DNA of 64,000 nucleotides from Verrucomicrobiota bacterium (GTDB lineage Bacteria; Chlamydiota; Chlamydiia; Chlamydiales; Rhabdochlamydiaceae). Of this stretch, positions 1-8,203 are shown in pieces. The first letter of the stretch is position 1. Each line of letters opens with the position of its first letter. The stretch lies in assembly GCA_018239715.1 (NCBI GenBank), contig JAFEGW010000001.1:109684-173683 (forward strand). Direction: 5' to 3'. The notes beneath the pieces are model-generated. The model was not told the DNA's origin. It did no database searches and saw only the letters and a list, made by a program, of their open reading frames with translations. The translations under genes and the position numbers were made by a program.

Positions 1-2255
1 CCTCGGCCGTCCATGTGTTCATAATCGACGAGAAAGCCTATCCCGAGTTTAGAGAAAGCATAGTCAAAGCCGGCTAAAGCACCGACGGAGTCATAGTGAA
101 ACCCGGCATTATCTTTTTTGGTTAAAACACGGCCGACATCCCTCAGGGGACCGAAGTAGAAATTCCACGGCCTGGTTTGATGGGGCGCCATGACGGTTTC
201 TTTGAGCTGCTCTTGTTTTTCTTCGACTTGAGGATTGAGGGCAATCATTTCGCTATTATCGGCAAGAAGCTGGCTGGTCTCGGGTATTGCAGCCGTATAG
301 GTGCTAGCGGAAGGCTCTTCCCGGAAAAGGGTAAATTGACGTCTGAGCTGCGCCATCTGCCGATAGAGGCGGAGATTCAAATGATTAACAGAAGAAAACA
401 GCGGCTCGAGATAATTGACATAGCGGGATGCTTGCGATACAGCGGTGGGAGGCGCAACAGGAAAGAGAAAAGAAAGCAGCACAAAATCAGGAAAATACTG
501 CAAGCGAGGGTTCAAGTTGCCTAGATTGAAATTGATGATGTCGGCAAAAGTTCCCGTCACCCCATTGCCTAGGACAATCTTATAAGTATCGCCCGGGGCA
601 ATAGTGGCTCCAGGCGCCAATCCTAGCTCCAGATGGCCCCCCACCTGGGCAGGCCCGCTGACATCCAGCTGAGAAAAAGAAGCGGGATTCAACAGATTGA
701 TCACCAAGGTGCCTACCGAGGTTTGGCTATAGGAGCCTTGAATCGTCATCGTACCAGGAGCTGATCCAGGGCCCGGCCCTCCGGGAACCACCGTTCCTGC
801 ATTGGTCACCATTGTATTGGAGCCTCCCATCGCGTCTTGGAAAACTCCGATCCCCGCCATCGTACCGCCCGCATTCACTTGGACGGCTGCCGACCGCACG
901 GTATCGTTATTGGTGAATGTCCCGCCGCTCACGGCAAGTTGCACAGGAGCAAGCACCAAAGCTCCGACAGCTCCTCCGCTGGCGGAACCGGAATTGGTAT
1001 TGCTGAAGCTCCCGCTATTGATAAAGATACTGCTTGCACTGATCTGAGCGCCCACCGAACCGGCTCCTGAGACCATTCCCCCGTTCAAGTTTGAAACGGT
1101 TGCATTGCTGAGGGTAAGATTTTGAGTTGTTGAAATAATTCCCCCCAAGCCTCCATTGGAGATGGTGCCGGTATTGCTATTGAAAAAATCTCCCCCGGTA
1201 ATGGAGATCCCTGTGGCCGTATCCACACTCGAGCCCATCCCTCCATTCGAACTTACAGCTGCGCTATTGCCATTGGAGAAACTGGTTCCGCTGAAGTTCA
1301 GAGCGCCATCGGTCGTCAATGAGCAGCCCGTCCCAAAATTTGTACTCTGAACAGCAGCCCGGTTCAGGATCAAGACATTCCCCCCTGTCATATTCCAATC
1401 GGTGCTCATCTCAACACGGCAGCCTATACCCCCGCCTGTGGTCATCATGCTCTGGATAATGCCGTCATTGACCACCTGCAATCCCCCGCTTGTCATGGTC
1501 AGGCCGGTCACTATCGTCATGGTGGATCCGACTGCATTATCAGTAATCGTCCCCGTGTTGTTGAAATTCATGGTGCCGCCGTTAAGGAGAGTGGCGTTGC
1601 TCAAGATCTCAGTTCCCAGATTGCCGTTCGTGATGGGGAGGGTATTGAAATTATTAAAAGTACCTGCTGAAATTGTCAGAGTGCCCATCGACAGAGCAAA
1701 TTGATTAAAGACATTAACCCCGTTCCATTCATTGTAGACGACTCCTGAGCCGGTCTTTGTCACATTGGTGACCCCTGTAGAATTCAAGCCTTGTGTTAAA
1801 GAAAGGGAGCCCCCAAAGCCGATATCCATTGTCAGAGTAGAAGGACCCTCCAACATCATGTTCGCTGAAATGATAGGGAAACCCGATAGCACACTCACTT
1901 GCGGAGTCGCTCCATTGAACTGCAAGAAAAAGGGATTGATCGCCATGGAGTTCGTATTGATCGTATAAGAAGTTGCCGTGTTGTTGAAAGTGAGCTGGTT
2001 CAAACCCGGCGATACGGGCATGGCGCCTGTATCCAAATGTACCGATAAATTTCCTGAAGCGGTATCCGGAAATGTGGCCGCATCTTGTGCAGTCACTGCA
2101 CTTGCTCCAGGAACGCATCCTCCGCCCCAGTTACCTGCCTCGTTCCAAACTCCATCGGCGCTGCCGTTGGTCCATGAATTTGTGCAAACGCTGTACCCTG
2201 TCATCGGCAGGATAGTGAGCAGCGTCAAAGCAAAGGCTTGTTTCAAAGACGACAT
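1..2255 (-). CDS. Pmp-like autotransporter (signal peptide, repeat passenger, start of beta-barrel); the 3' end runs off the window
   Basis: The minus frame is open from the ATG at 2255 to the window edge, so it is missing from the ORF track. N-terminus is MSSLKQAFALTLLTILPMTG. G-[GS]-x-F-x-N motifs recur (ITGGDFFNSN, SGGTFTNND, SGSFSNTN, GTSFSNGN, AGTFNNFN, GGTMNFNN). A junction-like segment reads GTLVINL..FSQLDVSGPAQVGGHLELGLAPG..GDTYKIVLG..VTGTF. The last residues, WNFYFGPLRDVG..GFHYDSVGALAGFDYAF, resemble the start of an autotransporter barrel. Confidence 0.7.
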   Translation of the reverse strand, partial: MSSLKQAFALTLLTILPMTGYSVCTNSWTNGSADGVWNEAGNWGGGCVPGASAVTAQDAATFPDTASGNLSVHLDTGAMPVSPGLNQLTFNNTATSYTINTNSMAINPFFLQFNGATPQVSVLSGFPIISANMMLEGPSTLTMDIGFGGSLSLTQGLNSTGVTNVTKTGSGVVYNEWNGVNVFNQFALSMGTLTISAGTFNNFNTLPITNGNLGTEILSNATLLNGGTMNFNNTGTITDNAVGSTMTIVTGLTMTSGGLQVVNDGIIQSMMTTGGGIGCRVEMSTDWNMTGGNVLILNRAAVQSTNFGTGCSLTTDGALNFSGTSFSNGNSAAVSSNGGMGSSVDTATGISITGGDFFNSNTGTISNGGLGGIISTTQNLTLSNATVSNLNGGMVSGAGSVGAQISASSIFINSGSFSNTNSGSASGGAVGALVLAPVQLAVSGGTFTNNDTVRSAAVQVNAGGTMAGIGVFQDAMGGSNTMVTNAGTVVPGGPGPGSAPGTMTIQGSYSQTSVGTLVINLLNPASFSQLDVSGPAQVGGHLELGLAPGATIAPGDTYKIVLGNGVTGTFADIINFNLGNLNPRLQYFPDFVLLSFLFPVAPPTAVSQASRYVNYLEPLFSSVNHLNLRLYRQMAQLRRQFTLFREEPSASTYTAAIPETSQLLADNSEMIALNPQVEEKQEQLKETVMAPHQTRPWNFYFGPLRDVGRVLTKKDNAGFHYDSVGALAGFDYAFSKLGIGFLVDYEHMDGR

Positions 2256-2302
2256 AGATAGTTCTCCTAGGAACGGATAGGTTCATCTTCTGCCTATATC
2301 CC

Positions 2303-3286
2303 ATGAACGAATTTAAATCTCCTATCTTGTTGCTTAAAAAATCCCTCTTTGAGATAGCTCAGGTGATGATCCGGTATTATTTTAAAACAGTCCGCGATGA
2401 AGAATTTCAGCTGATCCCTCAAGTGCGTGAAGGGTGCTGGATTCATATTGAAGAGGCCAGCTCAGAAGATTTAGCTCTTCTTGCCCAAATTCTAGGACTT
2501 GAACAAGCTGATCTGCAAGACTGCCTCGATAAATTCGAAGTCCCCCGCGTCGAGCGGATCCAAAATACCGTTCTCATCTTCACTCGACATCCCAGCGAAT
2601 ACGAAACTGGACTTTATACTTCCACGTTGACGATCATCTTAGCGCCTCATTACATCGTTACCGTGGCTCCTCACCAATGCCATCTGGTGCAGACTTTTCT
2701 TCAGCAGAAAAGCAAACTATCGACCTTGCAAAAATCGAAGCTGCTCATCTCGCTGCTTCTAAAAATCACCCAAGACTTTACCGCGCATATCCGACGCGTG
2801 AGAAACAACGTTCTCCGCCAAGAAAAAGAGATGATCTCTGTAGAGAGCGAAGACATCACTGCTCTGACCACCAACGAAGAAGTCTTAAATCAATATCAAT
2901 CGACGCTCATCCCTCTGCGGAATGTGCTCGAGGCAATTACCTCCGGACGCTATACGAACCTCTACGAAAAAGACCAAGATCTATTGGAAGATTTGCTCAA
3001 CAATGTCAAACAATCGGAAGATATCTGCGGCATCAGCTTGAAAAGTATCCGCTCTTTGCGGGATTCCTACCAGATCATCTTTACGAACAATCTGCATAAG
3101 ACAATCAAGCTCCTAACGGCCTTGACCATCCTCTTCAGCATCCCGACGATGGTCGCCAGCCTCTACGGCATGAACGTCACTTTGCCCTTTGCCTCACACC
3201 CTTTTGCGTTCTTTTATCTCATTGGGGCGACAGGGTTCATCATCATCCTGGCCGTGCTTTACTTCCAGCGCAAGCGCTGGCTATAA
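2303..3286 (+). CDS. corA: CorA-family magnesium/cobalt transporter
   Basis: 327 aa. GMN signature within LYGMNVTLPF, flanked by two C-terminal hydrophobic helices, with a soluble N-terminal domain. Confidence 0.85.
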   Translation: MNEFKSPILLLKKSLFEIAQVMIRYYFKTVRDEEFQLIPQVREGCWIHIEEASSEDLALLAQILGLEQADLQDCLDKFEVPRVERIQNTVLIFTRHPSEYETGLYTSTLTIILAPHYIVTVAPHQCHLVQTFLQQKSKLSTLQKSKLLISLLLKITQDFTAHIRRVRNNVLRQEKEMISVESEDITALTTNEEVLNQYQSTLIPLRNVLEAITSGRYTNLYEKDQDLLEDLLNNVKQSEDICGISLKSIRSLRDSYQIIFTNNLHKTIKLLTALTILFSIPTMVASLYGMNVTLPFASHPFAFFYLIGATGFIIILAVLYFQRKRWL

Positions 3287-3287
3287 G

Positions 3288-4574
3288 TTACATCAGTAAA
3301 GAAGCAGGATTCTCCAGGAACTTTTTCACCGTCAGGAGAAATTGCGCTCCGACAGCTCCATCGATCACACGGTGATCGCCCGAGAGTGTCAGCCGCAGGA
3401 CTTTGCCTGGTACGACATGATGGTCTTCGACTACAGCTCTATCTTCGATGGCTCCGACGGCTAAGAGAGCTGCTTGCGGAGGGTTGATGATTCCAACGAA
3501 ATCCGACACTCCGTACATTCCTAAGTTAGAGATGGTGAAGGAGCCGCCCGTATATTCTTCTTGGGCAAGCTTGTGATCTTTGGCTTTTTGAGCAAGGTGC
3601 TTGATCTCAGCGGAGATCTCACCGAGATTTTTGAAGTCGGCATGTCGGACGATCGGCGTGATGAGGCCATCAGGCAGAGCCACTGCAATCGAAATATCAA
3701 TCGTTTTGAAGCGAATGAGCGTTTGGTTGACAGAGTTAAACCCGCTGTTCACCTCAGGGTGCTGACGCAGGGCTAAAGCCGAGGCGCGGACGACAAAATC
3801 ATTCACAGAGACCCGGTGCCCTAGATGTTTCAGCTGCTCTCTGGCATCGAGAAGTTTTTCAGCACGCACTTCCATGGTGACATAAAAATGAGGGATAAAG
3901 GTCTTTGCAGCTTGCAGACGCTGGGCAATCACTTTGCGCATCGGAGATAGTTTTTCTTCTTCGAAGGTGCCGGGAGCAACTTCTGGCCGTTCTTGACGAC
4001 CAAACGTCACAGGGAGGTCCGGCTGCCCTAAGTCGAGATCCGAACTGACGACCCGATGGCCGGGGCCTGACCCTTTAACAGTCGCCAGATCAATCCCTTT
4101 TTCTTTCGCCAGTTTTTTCGCGAGCGGTGAAGCAGCAATATAACCGGATTGAGCCGTTGGAAATTCGTAATTTTTTAAGGGAGGCTCTGGAGCAAAAGCG
4201 GGCTGAGCGAGGCCTCCTGTCACAGGGGCTGCTGCAGCGGCAGCAGGTGCGGCAGTCTCCGCGGGCTTTGCGGCTGCTGGAGCGGCAGCTTTGGGAGCTG
4301 CGCCTTCCGGCTTATAGCCTTCAATACTTTCGTCTTTTTTCTCGGTGAAAATACCAATAGGTTGGTTCACGATGGCAGACTCCCCTTCTTTGATGATGAT
4401 TTTGCGCAGATACCCGGCATCTAAAGCCGCGTGCTCTACCGTTGCTTTATCGGTCGCAATCTCGAGGATCACTTCGCCCACTTTGACAAAGTCTCCTTCT
4501 TTTTTGCGCCATTTTGCAATGGTCCCTTCTTCCATCGTGGGAGAGAGTTTAGGCATCGTCAGGGTAAAAGGCAT
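3288..4574 (-). CDS. pdhC: Pyruvate dehydrogenase E2, dihydrolipoamide acetyltransferase
   Basis: Lipoyl domain with the ATDKATVE lysine motif, an Ala/Pro linker, and a catalytic DHRVIDG motif. An ATG at 4574 preceded by GAGG is preferred over the TTG at 4580. Confidence 0.9.
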   Translation of the reverse strand: MPFTLTMPKLSPTMEEGTIAKWRKKEGDFVKVGEVILEIATDKATVEHAALDAGYLRKIIIKEGESAIVNQPIGIFTEKKDESIEGYKPEGAAPKAAAPAAAKPAETAAPAAAAAAPVTGGLAQPAFAPEPPLKNYEFPTAQSGYIAASPLAKKLAKEKGIDLATVKGSGPGHRVVSSDLDLGQPDLPVTFGRQERPEVAPGTFEEEKLSPMRKVIAQRLQAAKTFIPHFYVTMEVRAEKLLDAREQLKHLGHRVSVNDFVVRASALALRQHPEVNSGFNSVNQTLIRFKTIDISIAVALPDGLITPIVRHADFKNLGEISAEIKHLAQKAKDHKLAQEEYTGGSFTISNLGMYGVSDFVGIINPPQAALLAVGAIEDRAVVEDHHVVPGKVLRLTLSGDHRVIDGAVGAQFLLTVKKFLENPASLLM

Positions 4575-4601
4575 ACTCAAACCTCAGGTATAAATTGGCA
4601 G

Positions 4602-5597
4602 CTAATTTAAACCAAGCGTTTCTAAACTTGCTTGGATGATTTTTTCTTCCGTGGGCATCGTTTCCCGCTCAAGAGTTTTGGAGTAGGGCATCGGAGTTTC
4701 ACATTGAGCGACCCGTTTGATCGGCGCATCGAGAAAACCAAAACAGTGCTCTTGGATCTCGTAAGCGACTTCCGCGCAAATCCCCGCAAAATAATGCCCT
4801 TCTTCGACAAGGACCACGTGATGCGTCTTACGGACGGAGCTGGCAACCGTAGCAATATCGAGAGGCTTGATGGTGCGCAGGTCGATGAGTTCTACACGAA
4901 CTCCCCGCTTGGCTAGCTCGGCAGCAGCCTTCTTGCAAAGGTTGACCATGCGGCTATGAGAGACTAGTGTGATATGATCGCCTTCGATCACCACTTTAGC
5001 TTTTCCAATAGGGACGAGATATTCTTCGACAGGAATTTCCATCTTATCGTTATAGGAAAGCTCATTCTCTAAGAATAAAACAGGATTGTTATTGCGGATC
5101 GCCGATTTCAAAAGACCTTTGGCATCATACGGGTTGCTAGGTGCGATGATAATCAGTCCAGGGAGGTTGCCGTAGATTGCTTCGACGCAATGAGAATGCT
5201 GGGAAGAGACTTGGGCAGCCGCGCCATTGGGACCGCGGAACACGACAGGAACGGAAAAGCGGCTTCCCGACATGTAGTACATTTTGGCGGCATTGGAGAT
5301 AATCTGGTCGGCAGCTACAAAGGAGAAGTTAAAGCTCATGAACTCGACAATCGGACGAAGACCCGTCATGGCTGCGCCGATCGCCAACCCTGCAAAACCT
5401 TCTTCTGCAATCGGCGTATCGATGACACGCTCAGGTCCCCATTTAGCCAGCATCCCTTTAGTGACCTTATAGGCGCCGTTGTATTCGGCAACTTCTTCTC
5501 CCATGATCAAGACACGGGAATCGCGAGTCATTTCCTCGTCGATGGCTTGGCGGATGGCTTCGCGCATTTCAACCAGTTGAGTTGTTTCTTTCGTCAT
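4602..5597 (-). CDS. pdhB: Pyruvate dehydrogenase E1 beta subunit
   Basis: Transketolase-like pyrimidine-binding and C-terminal domains (MREAIRQAIDEEM.., VIDTPIAEEGFAG). The ATG at 5597 overlaps the pdhA stop in an ATGA arrangement. The longer ORF reaching 5639 is rejected. Confidence 0.9.
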   Translation of the reverse strand: MTKETTQLVEMREAIRQAIDEEMTRDSRVLIMGEEVAEYNGAYKVTKGMLAKWGPERVIDTPIAEEGFAGLAIGAAMTGLRPIVEFMSFNFSFVAADQIISNAAKMYYMSGSRFSVPVVFRGPNGAAAQVSSQHSHCVEAIYGNLPGLIIIAPSNPYDAKGLLKSAIRNNNPVLFLENELSYNDKMEIPVEEYLVPIGKAKVVIEGDHITLVSHSRMVNLCKKAAAELAKRGVRVELIDLRTIKPLDIATVASSVRKTHHVVLVEEGHYFAGICAEVAYEIQEHCFGFLDAPIKRVAQCETPMPYSKTLERETMPTEEKIIQASLETLGLN

Positions 5598-6616
5598 GGT
5601 GCGAATACATCCTCCCCTAAAGTGATAGGATCCGGCCAAGGGCTCTCGTCGGCGAACTTTATTGCTGCGAGCACCAGCTCTTTTTGCTCTTTATCGAGAG
5701 CTTCGTATTGCTGGTCGTTGATGAAGCCATTTTCTGAGAGAGTTTTGAAAAAAGTTAAGATCGGATCTTTTTCCATGCATTTAGCTACATCATCTTTCGA
5801 TCGATAAGCGCCAGGATCAGAAATCGAGTGGCCGCGGAACCGCTCTGTCACGACTTCGATCAAGACGGGGCGGGATGTCTTGCGAACCTCTTCAAAAATG
5901 TGAGCAAATCCTGCGTAGCAGTTGAAAAAGTCCATGCCGTTCAAGGTATAGCTCTTCATGCTGTAGCTCGGCGCTTGTTTCTCGGCGATCGGCTGCGCGC
6001 TGATGGCGCGGCTCACCGCCGTGCCCATGCCCCATTTGTTATTTTCGATGACGTAGATCGCAGGAAGGTTCCATAAAGAAGCGAGGTTGAGAGATTCGTG
6101 AAAGGAGCCTTGTGCAACAGCACCTTCGCCCAAAAAGCAAACCGATACACCATCTTGCTTGAGATATTTCATCGTAAAAGCAGCGCCTGTGGCGACCGGC
6201 ACTTGTCCTGCTACAATCCCAAATCCTCCGAGCATGCGCTCGGTGTAAAAGTGCATCGAGCCGCCGCGACCTTTGGCATTGCCTGTTGCGCGACCAAAGA
6301 GTTCAGCCATCAGTTCGTTAGGAGTTGCCCCGAGTAGAAGAGCTAAAGCATGGCATCGATAGGTGGTCGTCCACCATTGGTTCTTGCCCATGACATTGAC
6401 AGCGGCTGTTTGGATCGGCTCTTGTCCCATGTACGAGTGAAAAAATCCTCCGATCTTGCCTTGAAGATAGGCCGACTCGGCCCGGATCTCAAAATTCCGG
6501 ATAAGAAGCATCTGTTTTAAACATTCTAGCAGCGTCTCTTTCCCGATTTTTTTCACAAGGCTTTTGGTATCGCTAGGAAAAAAGTGATATTCGATCGTTT
6601 CTTTCATATTTTTCAA
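5594..6616 (-). CDS. pdhA: Pyruvate dehydrogenase E1 alpha subunit
   Basis: 340 aa with a ThDP-binding region (GEGAVAQGSFHESLNLASLWNLPAIYVIENNKW). It is the first gene of the pdhA-pdhB-pdhC operon. Confidence 0.9.
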   Translation of the reverse strand: MKNMKETIEYHFFPSDTKSLVKKIGKETLLECLKQMLLIRNFEIRAESAYLQGKIGGFFHSYMGQEPIQTAAVNVMGKNQWWTTTYRCHALALLLGATPNELMAELFGRATGNAKGRGGSMHFYTERMLGGFGIVAGQVPVATGAAFTMKYLKQDGVSVCFLGEGAVAQGSFHESLNLASLWNLPAIYVIENNKWGMGTAVSRAISAQPIAEKQAPSYSMKSYTLNGMDFFNCYAGFAHIFEEVRKTSRPVLIEVVTERFRGHSISDPGAYRSKDDVAKCMEKDPILTFFKTLSENGFINDQQYEALDKEQKELVLAAIKFADESPWPDPITLGEDVFAP

Positions 6617-6651
6617 AAATAGTCCATTGTCTCAAATAAATGCTATGCGAT

Positions 6652-6813
6652 TTAAAAAATACTTGGCAACGGGCTGGTTTTCATCGGCCCTGGCATCGCA
6701 TTCGGGTTATTGGTTATGGGTACAGTCCGTGTGGCATCATCTTCAGGCCCGGCTTCATAGCAGCCTGTGAGAGAAATGGAAAGGATTAAAAAAGTAATAA
6801 TTTTTTTCCACAT
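6652..6813 (-). CDS. Small putative lipoprotein (53 aa), below the ORF-track size cutoff
   Basis: ATG at 6813, TAA at 6654-6652. Product is MWKKIITFLILSISLTGCYEAGPEDD.., a signal peptide followed by an LTGC lipobox. It lies in the 262-nt gap upstream of pdhA. Confidence 0.4.
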   Translation of the reverse strand: MWKKIITFLILSISLTGCYEAGPEDDATRTVPITNNPNAMPGPMKTSPLPSIF

Positions 6814-6821
6814 AAGCAGCT

Positions 6822-6850
6822 ATTATAGCCTATTTTCGATTTTATGGAAA
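6822..6850 (-). promoter_or_regulatory. Sigma-70/66-like promoter candidate (TTTCCA, 17 nt, TATAAT)
   Basis: The minus strand reads TTTCCA, taaaatcgaaaataggc, TATAAT, agctgctt, ATG. The -10 hexamer is perfect and ends 8 nt before the mini-ORF start and about 200 nt upstream of pdhA. Confidence 0.35.
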
Positions 6851-6878
6851 TTTCCATGAAAAACAACTAAGAAATATT

Positions 6879-7487
6879 TCACTTTGCCCGCCTAGAAGAA
6901 AATGCAGGCTTTTTCTTGATCGGCTGCGCAGCTACGTAAGAATTTAGAGGTATACAGGACTTAAGTTTCATGAGATGAAACTCTCCTTTAAAAGCAGAGG
7001 CTAAGGGCTCGCTTTCCATCACAAGAGCATCTTCTTGATGATGATTGTTTGCATCGTAGGTAAAGTTAAAAGAGCCGGTCCATATCTTGCTTGAACCGAA
7101 AATGCAAAATTTATGATGCATTAAAGGACGATGGGATTTTAGACGCTTGAGAGGATCGGGATCCCATACATGCACGGGAATGCCCGCTTCGGCAATTTTG
7201 TGTAAGGGTGTGCCCGCTTTGACAGAGAAGCGATCCACCATCACCTCGACCTCAACTCCCCTTTTCTTCGCGTCGATTAAAGCATTGGCGATTCCGCGGT
7301 GCGTAAAGGCATAAACACACACAAGAAGGCTCTTTTGCTCTTTATTCATTTCTTCAATCAGCCGTTTTGCCAATTGATCCTCTGGAGAAAAGTAGACTGT
7401 GGCCTGCGAACTTACAGCAGCTCCCCATAAAGGTGCTCCAAATGCTGTTAAAAAGACAAATAAGAGTTGAAAGATTACCATAGGCAT
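6879..7487 (-). CDS. Secreted phospholipase D / Nuc-like single-HKD protein
   Basis: N-terminal signal peptide MPMVIFQLLFVFLTAFGAPLWG. One HKD motif, HHKFCIFGSSKIWTGSFNFT. At 202 aa its size is typical of Nuc-type homodimeric PLD enzymes. Confidence 0.75.
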   Translation of the reverse strand: MPMVIFQLLFVFLTAFGAPLWGAAVSSQATVYFSPEDQLAKRLIEEMNKEQKSLLVCVYAFTHRGIANALIDAKKRGVEVEVMVDRFSVKAGTPLHKIAEAGIPVHVWDPDPLKRLKSHRPLMHHKFCIFGSSKIWTGSFNFTYDANNHHQEDALVMESEPLASAFKGEFHLMKLKSCIPLNSYVAAQPIKKKPAFSSRRAK

Positions 7488-7495
7488 GAAGTATT

Positions 7496-8203
7496 ATGAA
7501 GAAAACTATGCCATCACGCACGATTTATTACGATACAGAAACAACAGGCGTCAGGCCTGACAAAGACCGCATCATTGAAATCGCCGCTTACGATCCTGAC
7601 CGCGACCTCTCTTTTGTCCGATTTGTCAATCCGGGCTGTCCCATACCAGCCGAATCGACTAGCATTACCGGGATCACCGATGAGATGGTCTCCAACGCTC
7701 CTAGCTACGAGCTCATTGGCCAGCAGTTTATTGAGTTTTGCGGACCTGACGCCATCTTGGTTGCGCATAACAATGAGCGGTTCGATAAACTCTTTATCGA
7801 GGCTGAATCCACGCGCCACAACCTCGTCCTCCCCTCTTGGAGATACCTCGACACCCTCAAATGGTCCCGCAAATACCGTACTGATCTCCCCAGTCATGCA
7901 CTGCAAGCTCTGCGCGAAGTCTATGGTTTTGAAGCCAACCAAGCTCACCGAGCCTTGGACGATGTGATCATCCTGCATAAAGTCTTTACGATGATGATCG
8001 ATGACCTATCGATCGAGACCGTCCTCGAACTTCTGGCTCAACCTACCGATGTTAACCGAATGCCTTTTGGGAAATACCAAGGACGCCTTCTCTCAGAAGT
8101 ACCGCCCGATTACTTCCAGTGGCTCAAATCCAGCGGCGCTCTTGACAAATCCGACAACAAAGAGCTCAAAGAGGCCCTTCTAAAAATAGGCGCTTTGAAG
8201 TAG
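7496..8203 (+). CDS. DnaQ-like 3'-5' exonuclease with a C-terminal DUF3820-like module
   Basis: Exo I YDTETTG, Exo II HNNERFD, Exo III HRALDDV. The C-terminal MPFGKYQGRLLSEVPPDYFQWL stretch resembles DUF3820. Confidence 0.8.
   Translation: MKKTMPSRTIYYDTETTGVRPDKDRIIEIAAYDPDRDLSFVRFVNPGCPIPAESTSITGITDEMVSNAPSYELIGQQFIEFCGPDAILVAHNNERFDKLFIEAESTRHNLVLPSWRYLDTLKWSRKYRTDLPSHALQALREVYGFEANQAHRALDDVIILHKVFTMMIDDLSIETVLELLAQPTDVNRMPFGKYQGRLLSEVPPDYFQWLKSSGALDKSDNKELKEALLKIGALK

Noticed and set aside
177-2280. Chain of plus-strand ORFs (177-524, 802-1047, 837-1070, 1156-1350, 1402-1704, 1765-1968, 1978-2280) and minus-strand ORF 1729-2118
   Set aside because: They are all out of frame with the single open minus-strand frame, which encodes a coherent autotransporter. 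Their translations are Pro/Leu/Val-rich nonsense.
4150-4330. GC-rich low-complexity repeat (gctgc/gcagc runs)
   Set aside because: It encodes the Ala/Pro-rich flexible linker of the PDH E2 protein. It is not a mobile or regulatory repeat.
5190-5807. 205-aa ORF antisense to pdhB/pdhA. Similar antisense ORFs occur at 20074-20736 (tyrS), 47288-47752 (M3 peptidase), 49431-49901 (prfC), 7514-7978 (exonuclease) and 54106-54462 (kinase).
   Set aside because: Each is embedded in a gene with clear family motifs on the opposite strand. None has a recognisable domain or RBS.
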